This document shows, in pieces, positions 1-13,672 of a stretch of DNA of 64,000 nucleotides (the first letter of the stretch is position 1; every line of letters starts with the position of its first letter). The stretch is taken from positions 160,456,001 to 160,520,000 of the forward strand of contig NC_083224.1 of the NCBI RefSeq assembly GCF_032191835.1, in the 5' to 3' direction. The position numbers were made by a program, and so were the translations under genes. The stretch is from Heteronotia binoei (Eukaryota). The notes beneath the pieces were generated by a model. That model did not search any database. It was not told the origin of the DNA and saw nothing but the letters and a program-made list of their open reading frames with translations.

Positions 1-984
1 TATTGTAGCAGTTAATTATTATATGATATGGAAAAATAAATTAGATGGTATATTTCATTTTCAAAATGGTTACAAATGGTAGTAAGCAATTCTGAATAAA
101 CTGAACCATGGAACCACTAAGTATTTCCTCATATTTTGTGTGAGAATGACACGTTATATCTTCAGTTTGTGAAATGTTTCATTTAACCTGACTTAGTGAG
201 GTCAAGTGTGAACGGTTGCTAAAATACCGAGCAACTAGTCAGATAATTTGCATGCCACTGACTGGTTGTATCTTACCAGCTTACCACAGTTCTATCCCAT
301 GTAGCTTTGTATATGTGTTTACCACATTCTCTTTGTATCCTTTTGTAAGTCAAAAGGAACTCTTCTCACTCTTTTGCCTGCACCAGTTACTTTAAAGTGG
401 AGATCCCAATTATTAAACCTGGGATCTTAGGCACTCTCTCTCTCTCAGCACTTCACCAAGATAAGAATTAGCAGCTTCATGCTATAGTTGCCCATACTGA
501 AATATTTTATTATTCTGGAGCAAATAACTCGTAAAAGATCAACACTAGCTACCCCATGTAAGTGTGTGATTTCAGTCCACAATTGCTCCCTACATTCCTC
601 CTCTTATAAGAGACTTTATAGTTATCACAAGACTTACAGACCTGACCAGATGCTGCCAAATGCAAAGCTCATATCATTTTCCATAATTACATTATTATGG
701 ACATGGTGGAGTGCCAAGTTCTTGGTCACCTTTCTCAATAAACATGTCCACTGGTGTTAACCAGTCATTAGTTTGGTCTAAGTGTTTAAAAAAATCTCAA
801 ATCCTGAAGGATATTTTGACTTTGTACGCTGTGCTAATTTAAAATATTTGGGCAATTCTGCTTCACTTGCCCCATGATCTTTTAAAGATGTTTGTTTGTT
901 TTTTAGATAATAACTACCAGACACATTGATGTAGTTTAGGTTGTTGTTTTTTGTAGACATAAATTATATATTTAGAAGTAAAAC

Positions 985-1925
985 AGATGGTTTCCTTCTG
1001 CCTTTTTCCTCCTTTAAATAACGTTTAAAAATGTGTTGCATTGTTCTGCAGTAGGCACCATTGTTGTTAAGGGCTTTGCAGGTGATAGAAGCTTTACTTG
1101 AGCTTGGTACCTGATCGGTAGGTAACCAGTGGCGTGTTGGTGGAAATGGCATGATATGCAGGTTCCACTTAGCAGCCAATAGTAGCCAGGCTGCTGCACT
1201 CTGTACCACCTGGAGTTTCTTAGTAGCTTTTATGGGCAGACCCATGTAGAGTTCTTTACAGTAGTCTACTCTCAAAGTAACCAAACATGGATCCCTTTTG
1301 CTGAATCATGGTATCTTCTGAGGCAGGTGGAATTGATAGAATAGCTTTTTTTTTTTTTGCAATTGCATCAGCTTGTTTTTCTAGCAATAAAGCTGGTTCT
1401 AGAATCATTCCAACTCTCTTAATCAAATCATTTAGAGACAACTGAACCCTATCAAAAGTGGGGAGCTCCATATCTTTCAGGGCCTCGGCCTTGCCAATCA
1501 GGCTTACCACTCTTTTGTTAGGACTGAGTTTCATCTTGTTTACTCTTAGTTCAAAGACTCTGTATTGCTACCAGTTGCTAGAAAAGAAACGTAGAGCTGC
1601 ATGTCATCAGCATATTGATGGCACCCTATTCCAAAACCACGAATAATTTCTTCCAAGGACTTCATATAGAGTTTGAATAGCATGGGTAACAATAATGAAC
1701 CTTGTGGAACTCCATAAGGCAGGTCCCACACTGTAAAAAAGTTGTCCCTAACAGCAGCCTTCTGTGTTCTGCACAGAAGGAATGATTGAAAGCAATCCAA
1801 AGGACATTAATCCCCACTTCTGCCTCCAGACATCTCAACAGGAAGGCATGGTCCACTGTGTCAAGAGCTGCTGGCAAGTCTAGTGCAAGCAGCAGAAAGG
1901 CATAGCTTTTGTCTGCATTCAGACA
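985..1925 (-). mobile_element. L2-type LINE, decayed ORF2/RT fragment
   Basis: Minus-strand frames give LDTVDHAFLL, GVPQGSLLLPMLFKLYM, HQYADDMQLY and VTLRVDYCKELYMGLP..KLQVVQSAAAWLL. These are L2 RT motifs broken by frameshifts and stops. Confidence 0.85.
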
Positions 1926-2479
1926 AAGTTCACTTTGTCCCCTACCCTATGTGTGATTCATCTTGTGCAGAATTTAATATCTAACCAGCCTGTTTATAAA
2001 TGCAGAAGTTCCTATGACATGCTGCTAATTGTGGACATCATTGCCAAGTCATTACAGCTGTGTCTTTTTTTTTGGCTAGTTCTATATAACGCACCAACAA
2101 TATTATGGTGTCTCACAAATGACTTCCAGGATTGCCTCATGAGCAGATATTGCTGAGTTAACTTCAGCACAATTCTGCACCAACCCAAAGAAGGTTAACA
2201 GTATCTAATAACTGCTTGCTGAAGTTGATTGAACTGCAAGTCGCTAAAGGCTTATATTGCCTGCCTCTGTAGCAGTACCTTAATGCTATATTGTTCATAT
2301 TCCATTTCAAGCAGTTGTCCTCTAGTCCTTGGAAGACCTCCTTGTTCATTGATGGCTATGCTAGATGTGTTTGGCATTTGATCTGGATTTGGATACAATA
2401 TATTTTGGCCAGTCAGGGACTTCAGTTGCCTTGCCCTGTTGGTTATTTATTGTGTTTGTTCTTTCTTCCTGTGTACGAT

Positions 2480-3530
2480 TTATTTATTTAGAACATTTTT
2501 ATTTTGCCTCTCTATGTAACCTGCCCAAGGCAGCTTACAGAATAAAACATAAGTAACTTAAAATTGTCAATTAAAATGCAGAATTAAAAATATCCAACCA
2601 GAGTATGAGCAGAGAGCACCAAGCAGCTTAAAACAAGTTTTTAGAGTAATCTTAACTACAAACCTTAACTAAAAACCTGGATGAATAGAAACGTTTTGGC
2701 CTGGCACAAAAAAGAGAGCAATGTAGGCTCTAGTGACCTCAAGGGGAAGGGTTGTTAAATAAGTAAGTTTCTACTACAAGAAGCCCTGCTGCTTGTCACT
2801 ATCCACCTCCCCTCTGAAGGTGGGGGCACAGAGAGCAAGGCTTGTGAGGATGATCTTAACTATCAGGCTGGACAAAATAGGAGGAAGTGGTCCTTCAGGT
2901 ACCCATTCCCCAAGCCATTTACAGCTTTAAAGGTAAGAACCTGCACTTAGAATGTATTCCCAGAAACAAATGGGCAGCCAGTGCAGTCCTTTCAGCACTG
3001 GAGTGTTATGATCTCTGTGTCCTCACACTGACAGCAGCCCGCTTGCTGCATTTTTAATCTACTGAGTTTTTCAAACTATTGTCAAGGCAGCTCTGCACAG
3101 ATCACATTTTTGTAATTAACCTGGATGTAGGCAGAGTGGCACAGAATGGTAAAGCTGCAGTACTGCAGTCCTAAGCTCTGCTCACGACCTGAGTCTAATC
3201 CTCACAGAAGCTGGGTTCAGGTAGCCAGTTCGAGGTTGTTTCAGCCTTCCATCCTTCCGAGGTTGGTAAAATGAGTACCCAGCTTGCTGGGAGGAAAGTG
3301 TAGATGACTGGGGAAGGCAATGGCAAACCACCCCATAAAACATCTGCCTTGAAAATCTTGTAAAAGCAATGTCACCCCAGAGTCGGAAATGACTGGTGCT
3401 TGCACAGGCGACTACCTTTACCTAGTCAGAGTGTGGCTTAAACTATGGCCAAATCACACTATTTGAGGAAGACCTGTAGCTGGCTGTGGCCCCACTAGAG
3501 GGCAGCCAGATATTGTATGTGTCTTTCATG
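2480..3530 (-). mobile_element. L2-type LINE 3' fragment, interrupted by a Sauria SINE
   Basis: Contains L2 3' hallmarks (cccaagccattt..gctttaaaggtaagaacc.gcact..gaat; ggcagccagtgcag) and a tail-like ggcagcttaca at the left end. Boundaries are approximate. Confidence 0.65.
3133..3423 (+). mobile_element. Sauria SINE (tRNA-derived head, RTE/BovB-type tail)
   Basis: Head gtaaagctgcagtactgcagtc..gctctgctcacgacctgag, body cagccttccatccttccgaggttggtaaaatgagtacccagcttgctggg, then ggcaatggcaaaccacc and tail gcttgcacagg.gactacctttacct. Confidence 0.9.
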
Positions 3531-3600
3531 GTCAGCCGAAACTCACCCAAACTCAGTGGTATGCATTAAGGTTCTCTTTATTGCCAAGAACCGAGTTCAC

Positions 3601-4530
3601 ACTAGGAGTGCACAAAAAAACAAAACACAAACTATGATATTTAGGGGGGTTGTGTATATTAAAACCCCCAAAATTGGTATTTCCCAATATTCCTGAACTG
3701 CAATACCAGTATGGTATTCAGATTCAGGAAATATTTAGGAAAACCCCAGCTCCATTATATCCTACAGCAGTGTTTCCCATTTGCAGGGTTGCAACCCGGT
3801 ACTGGGCCACGGAAGCCTCAATACTGGGACACCAGGGGTGGCCTGACAGCCCCCTTCCCCCTCTATCTTTGGTGCTGCATGCCACGCCATGCTCCAGCCC
3901 CTGCCCCCCATGCTGCTTCCGCCTGTAGCACTCAGAGAGCTCTACAGACACTGTGCGCTGGCCAGAAGCCCTCCCTTGTCCCTCTCTGATGTTTGGAAAC
4001 ATCAGAGAGGGTGGGGAAAGCTCCTGGCTAGTGCACAGTCTCTGTATCACTCCCTGATTTTCCTCCACCCGGAGGATGATTAGGAAGCGATACTGAGACT
4101 GCGCACTGGCCAGAAGCCCTCCCTCGTCCCTCTCTGATTTTCAGAAACATCAGAGAGGGTGAGGAAAGCTCCTGGCCAGCATGCAGTCTCTGTATCACTC
4201 CCTGAGCGTCCTCGGTCCGGATCACGGGGAAGGAACTGGACCCCGGAGGGGAAAAGTTTGGGAAACCATGCCCTACAGGAACCATTGTTTTCTGTAGGGC
4301 AGAATGAATAATAGTTTTGGAGGTATTTGGGGCTTTGGAGGCTGTTTTTAAGGGGTTTTTTTTCTCCTCAGCCCCCCCCCCCCAAGTTTTAAAAATATTG
4401 GACTAGGGGGGTCCAATTCTGTGACCCCCCCCAAAAAAAGGTGCCCCCATCCTCCATTTCTTTCAATGAAGGGGGGAAAGACATTTAAAGAGACTGTGAC
4501 CTCTTCAAATGCCTTCTGAGTTTACTCCCC
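3601..4530. mobile_element. Non-autonomous repeat, probably a DNA-transposon derivative, with an internal tandem duplication and hairpins
   Basis: Starts actaggagtgcac. Two ~115-bp internal units (about 3940-4060 and 4095-4205), G/C runs and CpGs contrast with the AT-rich flanks. Family and right boundary are uncertain. Confidence 0.4.
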
Positions 4531-4695
4531 GAGAAGACTGAGAAGAGAGAAGAGAGGTGGTGGCAAAGGGGGATGGCATGTACCCTCCTTGCAAGTTTCT
4601 TGAGGATCTCCATTTGTGTGTGCATGTGCATGAATGTAAATATATGTATACACACACATACCCATATATAACAAGTGATATTATCAGAAATATTA

Positions 4696-4962
4696 GGAGG
4701 AGGAGGAGATTGGATTTATACCCTGCCCTTTACTCATAGTCCCAGACTGGTTCACAATCTCCTTCCCTTCCTCTCCCCACAGCAGACACCCTGTGAGGTA
4801 GGTGTGGCTGAGAGAGCTCTCAGAGAACTGCTCTTGAGAGAACAGCTCTGCAAGAACTGTGGTTGACCCAAGTCACCCACAGCTGCATATAGAGGAGTGG
4901 GAAATCAACCCCAATTCTCCCAGATTAGAGTCCACACACTTAACTACTACATCAAACTGGGT
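4696..4962 (-). mobile_element. tRNA-derived SINE with L2-like tail (MIR/Squam2-like)
   Basis: Reverse complement has head ccagtttgatgtagtagttaagtgtgtggactctaatctgggagaatt, body ctctctcagccacacctacctcacagggtgtctg and a TCC-repeat tail. Confidence 0.85.
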
Positions 4963-5465
4963 CCTGGAAGCTTTCCTTCTCTAACCATCTTATTGGGGAG
5001 CGCAGAGAGATATGGAGGCTTTCCAACCTGGTATGAATCTTCCCCAGTTTGAGATTTGTGAATTAATTAGAAATCAAGCTCAAATCTCTCCAAAATTTAG
5101 TCAGTTTTCCCAGCTGTGACAGCCACCTTTGTCCTCACTGAAATTTATTTGGCAGTGGTGAGAAAGGGTTTTAGTTTAACCTCCATTAAGCAGAAAGTGT
5201 AGTTTCCCAAGGTTTTTGTGTCATTAGTTGGACTTGATTGAATTTATAGTTAGTCTGGGGAAAATTATATTCCTTAATCCCAATTCTGGGTCTTGACTTT
5301 CTCACTATTAGCAATTTATGAAGAGCTTTGTTACTTTTTGGGGTAGCTCTTCTTATTTGAGAGGATAATTGTAGCACAGAAGCAGGAGAACAGATTGGAA
5401 GGGTCAACAGATTGCTTTCAAAAATGAGAAGGATTCTGACACTGCAGTTGTTGTATCCTCTAAGG

Positions 5466-5810
5466 CAGGGGTCCCCAACCCCTGGGCTGTGGACCAGTAC
5501 CGGGCCGTGGAATGAGGCAGAGGCACCACACTGCTCCTTTCACCCGCCCAGGTAGACAAAAGAGGCAGTGCAGCCTCACTCCAAAGCACTACTTCTTTCA
5601 TTCACCCTGTTCCTGGGTGTGTGGAAGGGGCAGCGCGGCAGTGACCTTCGCCTACCCCTCATTTAAAGACCCATGGGTGGCAGGGATGGGGTGTGGGCAT
5701 GGGGACAGCCTGGGGCAGCAAAAACCCCAGCACTCCCACCCCCACTGATCCGTGGAAGAATTGTCTTCCATAAAACTGGTCCCTGGTGCCATAAAGGTTG
5801 GGGACCACTG
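5466..5810. mobile_element. hAT (Charlie-like) MITE, 345 bp, intact ends
   Basis: TIRs CAGGGGTCCCCAAC and GTTGGGGACCACTG (13/14 complementary). Perfect 8-bp TSD CTCTAAGG at 5458-5465 and 5811-5818. Confidence 0.92.
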
Positions 5811-8296
5811 CTCTAAGGCATAAGGGTTCAAATAATGTCATATGTCCAAGACAACTTCTAATGGTCAGGTGATGGTTTTATTTATGCCTTTACAAATAAG
5901 CTTTATTGAGCTTTCCCCAATACTTCCTAACATGGAAAGTTATATTTCTGAAATTGCTGAGTCAGAATTCTGTACTCTTATTAAAGCACATGCAACACAG
6001 AAATGCAGCATTCCAAATAACTCTTGAGTGATCAAGAGAATTTTGCTCCAGCTCTCCACAAGGGTAAGTTGGAGGGACAGGGTTTGTAGGTGCCTTAGTG
6101 GACAGTGTGCCCATGTGAGTGGGTGCACAGAGTGAAGAGTGGAAAGATGATGGCTTATTTAAGACATCAGCACACTGCCCTGTACCTCTGTGACCCACCT
6201 CCATCATAGCACTCAACCTTCTTCCCAGTATTTCAGGATGGGCACAAGCTGGTCAGCTGTTTGAGTAGGGATTTTTTTTTCTTTCTAGGTGAATTGACCA
6301 TAAGCTAAGTCACCACCACCACCTAATCTACTCTGAAGATTGTAGTTATCGGCTTGCCCAAGGCCAAGCAGGTGATATGCTTTAGCTATCAGTTTCATCT
6401 AATGGCAACAACAGTGCTGGGGAAAGTAGGTTAAGTTGTACATGTAAAGCTTAGGGTGAACACTGAGGAATCAGTTGAAGAATTAAAGGGTAGTCACTGA
6501 GACCAGGATTTGGGTCTATGGTGCCTTGGTGGTGCTGGGACAGGAACCCTTTGAGGAGTGCTGTTATCCTTAATCCAAAGATCTCACAACTAGGGAGAGG
6601 GACATGTAATGTTTGACCAGTAATGCTTGACAAGGAGGATACCTAGGCAGTTTACAGCTTTGATAGCTCAGGGCTCAAAACCAAGTTAGCCTTCCCTGGA
6701 ATACAAGGATGCACAGGCAGAAGAAGCCAGAGTCTTCAGTTGCCTGCACTATGTATGGGGTGAGTTTTGCCCTTGGATATTGTAGATGCTTATCTTGTTG
6801 TAGAATAAATAAAGCTGGTCTTTGATTATTCCAGCTCATTATCCCCCTGTGCCCTGTCTGTCTGCCTACAATCTCTGGATAGATTTGCACAGCAAGGTTT
6901 TTTTCTGTTTTTATATCCCAGTGTATATCAAAATGGGAACCATGCTGTAGAAAGAGTTTAATTGATATTGTGGTTCAGAGTCATCATGGCAAACTGTGTC
7001 AATAAATCATGAGTCATTAAACTCATAAAATGGGTGAAAAGTGAATGGAACTTGTCAGTGAATTTTGAACAGAGTAGATGTATTATTAACGCAAGTTATG
7101 AATTGCGTTTCCAGAAAATAAAATACGTTATAAGGTACAAAATAAGTTTTTAAAAAATCAGTCAATCAAAAAACAGGCTAAATGGCCTAAAACATATAAA
7201 ATGAGATGAATCAGTGGGTGAAGGTAGCATAGTAGCATCACATGTGTATGCATTTACTGTATGATTTGACTAGGAGCAAGGAAAATATGCGGGGTAGAAA
7301 AATATGACTTCTGAAATGTAAAAGGATAATAATGAGGGAGATGGTACAGTATGACATCATGAGGAGGTTCTTGATATCCTGCTGAAAATGTATAGAATTA
7401 TTATTTTCACAATTCATCAGCTTTTTTCATATTGGACTCATTTGATTACAAGAAAAATAGCTTAAAGGTAATAAAGCTCCACCTTCCAATCGTGCAAGTG
7501 AGCATCACTTTTTTGGAAATCAGTGGGACTTTATAGCCTTAGTGTTGGCTTGATTGGGTCCAGTGTCTTTTAACGATTTCTTGTGCTACATATCTAGGTT
7601 CATCTTAATTTCTTTTCTCTCTGGACCATCATGTGGTTTTTGTTTCTTCAGTCTGCTTTTAACTGAGTTGCTGTTGAAAATGTCATCGTCCAGCTACTCA
7701 AGGAACAGTTACTTGAGATGTTTCTTATCTTTATAAAATTGCCAAAATGATGTTGAAACGGTTCTTTATGCTGTGGGAAGCGCTTTACCGTGAAACAAAT
7801 AAGTACATGTAAGAACTTGGAGAAATGGAGATAATTTTTTAAAAAGGGGGGCAGATCTGGAGAGCAGGAAAACTAAGCACAAAGCAGCAAACGAACAGAT
7901 ATTTCAAACTGTAACTTTTAAAATCAAATATGCAAAATGGAATGTTCTGCTCCTTAGATCAGGCAGAAGGCAGTCTGAAGTAAAGGATGCTTCACTCTAG
8001 TTGTCTGTAGCTGTTAGGAAGTTGTCTATAGATGTTTAGGAATAGGATGGAATAAAATGGTTCAAGCTTTTGGGACCAAAGCAACAACAAACAGGTTAGG
8101 CATCTCTTCAAGCAAAAGTAACAAATTGTGTTGTTACCAAGTCAACAAAGATTATTTGGAGATTTCATTGTAACTACAATGGCTTGTTAGTAGATCCTAA
8201 AACATAAATGCTACATCATGTTTTTAGGTAATCGCTTAATATATCCAAAACCAGTATTCATTTGTGAAAACAGCATCCCAGCTAGCGAATTTAAAC

Positions 8297-8778
8297 CAGG
8301 GGGCCAAACTGTGGCTCTTTCACACACTGTCAAGGCAAGGTTAACTTCTGCTCCTCCCCCACTGATATTGAGTCAGATGGGGGGCACCCAATTCAGCACC
8401 CCAAGAAGGGCAGAACCCTAGGCAATTGCCTAGTTTGCCTAGTGGCAGGGCCGGCCCTGCTTTTGCACATATTGTGTGGCTCTCGAAGCCTTCGCTGCCC
8501 TGTAAGCCACCTTGGAGAATGTATTTGTCCCTTTAAATCATCTCTCCAAGCCAAGCCAGCTGTCAGCTTGGAGAGTGTATTTAAAGTTGCTTTCTTCTCA
8601 TCTCTCCTTCCTTCCTTCCTTCCTTCCTTCCTTCCTTCCTTCCTTCCTTCCTTCCTTCCTTCCTTCCTTCCTTCCATTTTGAGGCTTTTAAACATCAGCT
8701 CTCAAATGTCTTGCAGCTCTCAAACATCTGGCATTTCTTCTGTATGGCTCTTATATTAAGAAAGTTTGGCCACTCCTG
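8297..8778. mobile_element. hAT MITE with a nested fragment and an internal (CCTT)n
   Basis: Ends CAGGGGGCCAAACT and AGTTTGGCCACTCCTG. Perfect 8-bp TSD ATTTAAAC at 8289-8296 and 8779-8786. Confidence 0.88.
8606..8675. repeat. (CCTT)n microsatellite, about 17 units
   Basis: Directly visible perfect tetranucleotide array. Confidence 0.97.
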
Positions 8779-10789
8779 ATTTAAACCATTTTTCTGGTCA
8801 CTTGGATACACTACATGGATATTTTAAATCATTGTTTTGACTAAATGTTCTAAATTAGCTAAAGGTGTATTGACAATTTCATGAATTAGGTAGAAGCAAT
8901 TACTTTTAATTTAAGCAATGTGAAAATTTCTGTAATCAAGGAAAGGTACAAACATCTTTGTAAATAAAGTACAAGGTTTGTTGCTCTGCAAAGCAAGTAG
9001 AAAGATTTACATAAATTAGGAAGAGGTGCTGATGGATTCTCTTAATTGTACAAATCAATATATGTGTAGTTCTGCTGCAGGTTAAAGGCGGAATAGGCTT
9101 CATTTGAGTCACTGCATTTTAGTTTTCAGATAACATTCTCATAATCCATTCATTAATTCCTAGATCTTAAGTGCCAATGTGGTAAATCTTGTAAAATATA
9201 TTCTGCCTAATCTGTTACTCAAGGTTTCCCAAAGTATTTTAAGTGCAGCAGTTTATATTAAAAGAAAGTTAACTGCCACATAACAAAAACATTTTCGTGC
9301 ATAGTAGAAGGTAAATCATTCTCAAAGTGTTCACCTGAATTATATGATTTTGCAGAGAATTACTACAATATGTCATATTGGAAAACATGCTCGCTCAAAG
9401 CATTTAAACCAAGATAGCAGCGTAGTTTGTAAGAGCTTGTGGTGTTTGTACAGATGCAATTACATCATTAGCATTTAAAGCTATAGGCAAATGGCGTTAG
9501 CAATCACATGAGGATTAAAACTTTGCTTATTATGATGCCTTCTGAACTGATGAGTTTGTTAGAGCTACATATAGATACAAGTTTAAAATTGTGCAGCCAA
9601 CAAATATGTAATAATGTGCTCAATCTTATATGGTTAACATTACTCACATTAGTGGCATTTGATTAAATCAGTGTTTTCTTTTAGCATTTTTAAATTGTGG
9701 CCCAGTTTTGTGCACTCATAATTAAATAATTAAATATTGAGAATGGATACCTAACTTAGGTCCAGCATCTGTTGTGCTATGTTGTCCTACCTGCGTAGCT
9801 CCTGTATGAGCTATGCTGCTTCTGTCTTGAGGTTTCCCATGTGGTAGTCGTAATCAAAGAGGACTCATTGGCCAGGGACCTGTAGTCCCACACTATTCTT
9901 TACATAATCCCAGTAGAGTCACAATTCACATTTGGTAAACTCTGTGTTGGTAGAAAGCACCTACATGTCAAGCAGGGATATGTGTTCCAATATAATACAT
10001 ACACACACACACCCCTTATTGGTATTCTGGATATATTTGGATCTCTCAAATATATATATATATATATTTCAAGATATGAAAAAAATTGGTCCCGAAAAAT
10101 TTCAGCAATATTTGGGATTAACAGGGAATATCATGAGCTATTGTCTACAGGCTGAGAATGTATAACTGATCCAAAATCACCCTGTGAGTTTCCATGGAAG
10201 AGTGGGTAATCAAGCCTGGGTTCTTCAGATTGTAGAAAGATCTGTCTTTCCTGTTTGTGGCTCCTATCTCTGGACAGAAATACCCACAGATTTGGCCATG
10301 ATGAAAGATATATTTATTGCCACATACCCTCGTGCTTTCCCATTCTCTCAAGGAAATACTGTATTAAAATTGGCAGTTAAATAAATGGACAACTAATTTA
10401 AATAGCAATATTATGTGATAAATATTAAATATAAAAGTACCAAAAAAATTATAACAGTTAAAGTTTGAGAAAACAAAACCCATGGTCATAATTCATTGTG
10501 TGTTTGAACATAGTATTGTATACAATGACATGTTTGTTTGTTTGTTTGTTTGTTGTTGATAGAGCATTACTGTGTGTGGTTGGGCCAGTTGGGAAAGCTG
10601 TGGGCATCAGGCCGTAACAAACATAGGAAAGATGTGCCTGCATATTCCAAGGGCCTCCCATACGAACCTGGAAATCAACCAGATGAATGATAAACCCTCC
10701 CTGCAGTAAACTGCCAGTGTGATCTAAATATGCTCCAGAATGGACACAGAATGTTGAGAGCAGCAGGGAATAAGATAAAGGGGGAAAGA

Positions 10790-11440
10790 GAGGGAAATTA
10801 GCATGCTCAAATCTTCTGGATGATTTTATATTTCTAAAGGGGGAGATTTGGGTGACAGAAGGGTTTTTTGTTTTTACATTTAAAAAAAAATTCTTCTGGT
10901 GATTTCTCATAAGCTTGTTAGTATATCTGGGAAATGGGGGCCTGATAAATCTGTAGAGGGGGGTGGGATCTCATCTCCCCACCCTTTGTGAGTTCAGCCC
11001 AACCACCTTTGAAGCCTAGCAGTGGCAATGTCTGGGAGTCACTCTGAGCCTGGAGCTGCTCCCAGTACCAGCCACTGCTGAGCCTGGAGTGGCTCCCAGC
11101 ATGCATCACACCCACCCAGAGCAACCCCCAGTGTCCACTAACACAGTAGGGCCCTGAATGGCTGTGTCTATTATGGCTGGGCCGGCAGCATTTCCTGGTG
11201 TCTGCCATTGCAGCAGGACCTGGAGTATTTCCCGGCATCTGCCACTACAGCAGGGCCCAAAACAGCTTCCAAATGGCCCGCCACAGCTCCCAGGCTCCTC
11301 CAAACAGGTGAGGAAAGAGCATTCTCTGTGCACGTGCAGAGAAAATATATAGAAAAACATGTATATAGAAAAACACATTTTTTAAAACCAACCAAAAGAC
11401 TACTTCCCTTCCTCTTCCAAGCCTGATAATATGTTTTAGG
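10790..11440. mobile_element. Degenerate GC-richer interspersed repeat, family unresolved
   Basis: GC-richer block with G runs, similar in character to the 3601-4530 element. No clear termini. Confidence 0.3.
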
Positions 11441-13423
11441 AGGCAGAGACACTGAGTCATTTAAAGTATGTGAGGGAAGTACCTTTCTTTCCTCAGGAAC
11501 TTATAGAGTCCTGGAGAAGAGGATGGCGATGGGTGTGTGTATTTTAACTTTTCCCCTCTCGTGCAATTTGCTGTAGGCCTTTGGTTTTTCTGTGGTACCA
11601 GAAGAACTGTTTCCACCCTTATCAACCTGTCTTACTATTAAGATCAATGTGGGAGACCATCCTCTGGGAAACTGTGTTATTCAAGGCTGGGTTAGCAAGA
11701 ACTTGTGGGAGTGCCTTCTCAGTCAGTGCCCCAGGCTATAAGACTTTCTCCTGAGAACTGAGAATCGGTACTACTTCTTCAGGTCTTCTGGAAGAAATTT
11801 AAGTAGACTTGATTTTCTAATTTATACCATTCTGACTTTGCAAAATCCTCATTCAAGGAAGCTGTAGAGGGCATTCTGCTTTGTGCCATGTTTTGCAGCT
11901 AGCTCCCTATATCCCAGTCAATGAATACTGTAATGTTTACTTTCCCAATTAGTTTATATGTAAAAATTACCTGCAAATACAGTACTTAATGATGATGAAG
12001 CATCGTGAGTATTAACGAAATTATAGAGGAAAGTAATTGCAAATATATCCAGTGGAATAGCATTAGAGGAAGGCAAGATGCTCATTTGCTGCACCATTAA
12101 ATTACCTCTTTTGCAAGAAAACAGTAATTAAAATGGCAGTTATCTTAAGTAACAAAGAGAGCCAGCACAATCTAGTAAAATTGCAGCTGTTTGGCAGAGA
12201 GGTAGGAAACAAAATTTAATCAGAAGTGGGCAGTTTAAGTGTGGGATTATGACATCTTTGACTGCCTATAGTAGAGCTGTCAAGCTTGGGCAGTTTGGTG
12301 GTCAATAGTGACATTCTATGTGTCAGTGAACAGAGTCTCTTGATACTGTAACCTGTAGTTCACACATTACCGAAGCTCCAACTGTCGAACAGTCAAGTCC
12401 CTTGGTATTACTGCATCTTGCCGCCTCTCCTGACTGGCTCATGTTTCATTCTTTGGCAATTTGCCCTAATGATATCCCTCCGGAGCTTTCAGACCCTCTT
12501 CTTTTCCATATTTAATCCTGTTAGATTAATCTGAGTGAAGAGCGAACACTGCTGCATAAAACTGTAATATTTTGGGTTTCCCCCCTGCTCAGTTACATTT
12601 TTTAAAAAAAAATATAACCCCCCTCCACCCCACAGTCACACTTCTTATTTACTACCAAAATGTATATCCAAAATGATGCAATAATTTTGAAAGAGGCCCA
12701 GTTCTCTTTGAGAGATCTTGCTATTACTGAATATTTTCTAGGAAAATTCATAAAGCATAAAATGTGAACAGCTGTTGGGGGCATTTGAGCTTCCCTAGCC
12801 ACTCCTTGAAAGTGCACTCCAGGTTGTTGACAGTCCACCTCATATTTGAAAAATAGAAAACAGGACACTAAGAAAAAAATAGTTTATCCTCGGACATTTT
12901 CCTTCCTTTTGCTTTCCTCTTGTGGGCCCAGATGTCTCTGGTCTCTGGTCCTGTCACTTCTGTTTGACCAGACTTACCTGTCCCATCACCCTGTACACAG
13001 TCAAACTCTGAAATCTTTACCTTAGGAAATCTCAGTTCAGTCCTGTTTTCATGTTACTTGAGCAATGTAGGAGCTCCTGCAACACAGCTCTTTTCCATGT
13101 TCTTTCAAGGTCAGATCCTGGGAGTAATCCATAAGATACTGATTTATTTGCCATCATTGCTTCAGTTTCTGGAGAGCAAGCATTAGCTTCAGAAAGATCC
13201 CTGTTATGGATTCTTTCATACGAGACAGTGCTTCTGACTCTCGCAAGAGGATCTGTGCTGTGTTGGCCTCCTTGCTTCTTGGGTGCGGTTCAAATGATGT
13301 CATAGAAGTCCATTTACAGAGCATTCCATCCCTAGGTAAACAGAATATAGATGAAAGATTGCATATTCGATAGCTTTAAGAAGGTGTTTTTATGTGCCCT
13401 TTTGTCAAAAAGTGTATTCTGAC

Positions 13424-13481
13424 CAGGGTTTCTTTTGTAGAAAAAGCCCAGCAGGAACTCATTTGCATATTAGGCCACACC
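13424..13481. mobile_element. Terminal fragment of a hAT-type MITE (same family as 63791-63892, opposite orientation)
   Basis: cagggtttcttttgtagaaaaagcccagcaggaactcatttgcatat is the near reverse complement of atatgcaaatgaattcctgctgggctttttctgcaaaaacagcctg at about 63848-63892. Confidence 0.7.
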
Positions 13482-13672
13482 GCCAGACATCACTGTGACA
13501 TCACCCATTCAGTAGGTTACTTTTCGCATATTGACACAGAACAATACAGTGCCATCAGCTCCATTTCATGGATATGCATTCTGACACAGCTCAATAAGAA
13601 ACATTGTTTCGCCATTCGCCTCCCCCCCAAACGCAGCTGGAGAGAAAGAGCCATGTGCGGCGGAGTAAGCAT

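Noticed and set aside
8393-8695. ORF with (RKEG)n repeat
   Set aside because: It is a translation of the (CCTT)n microsatellite inside a MITE.
12520-12570. CTGAGTGAAGAGC...AAAAC as a hammerhead or Penelope end
   Set aside because: The catalytic boxes do not match CUGANGA/GAAA, so it is too degenerate to support.
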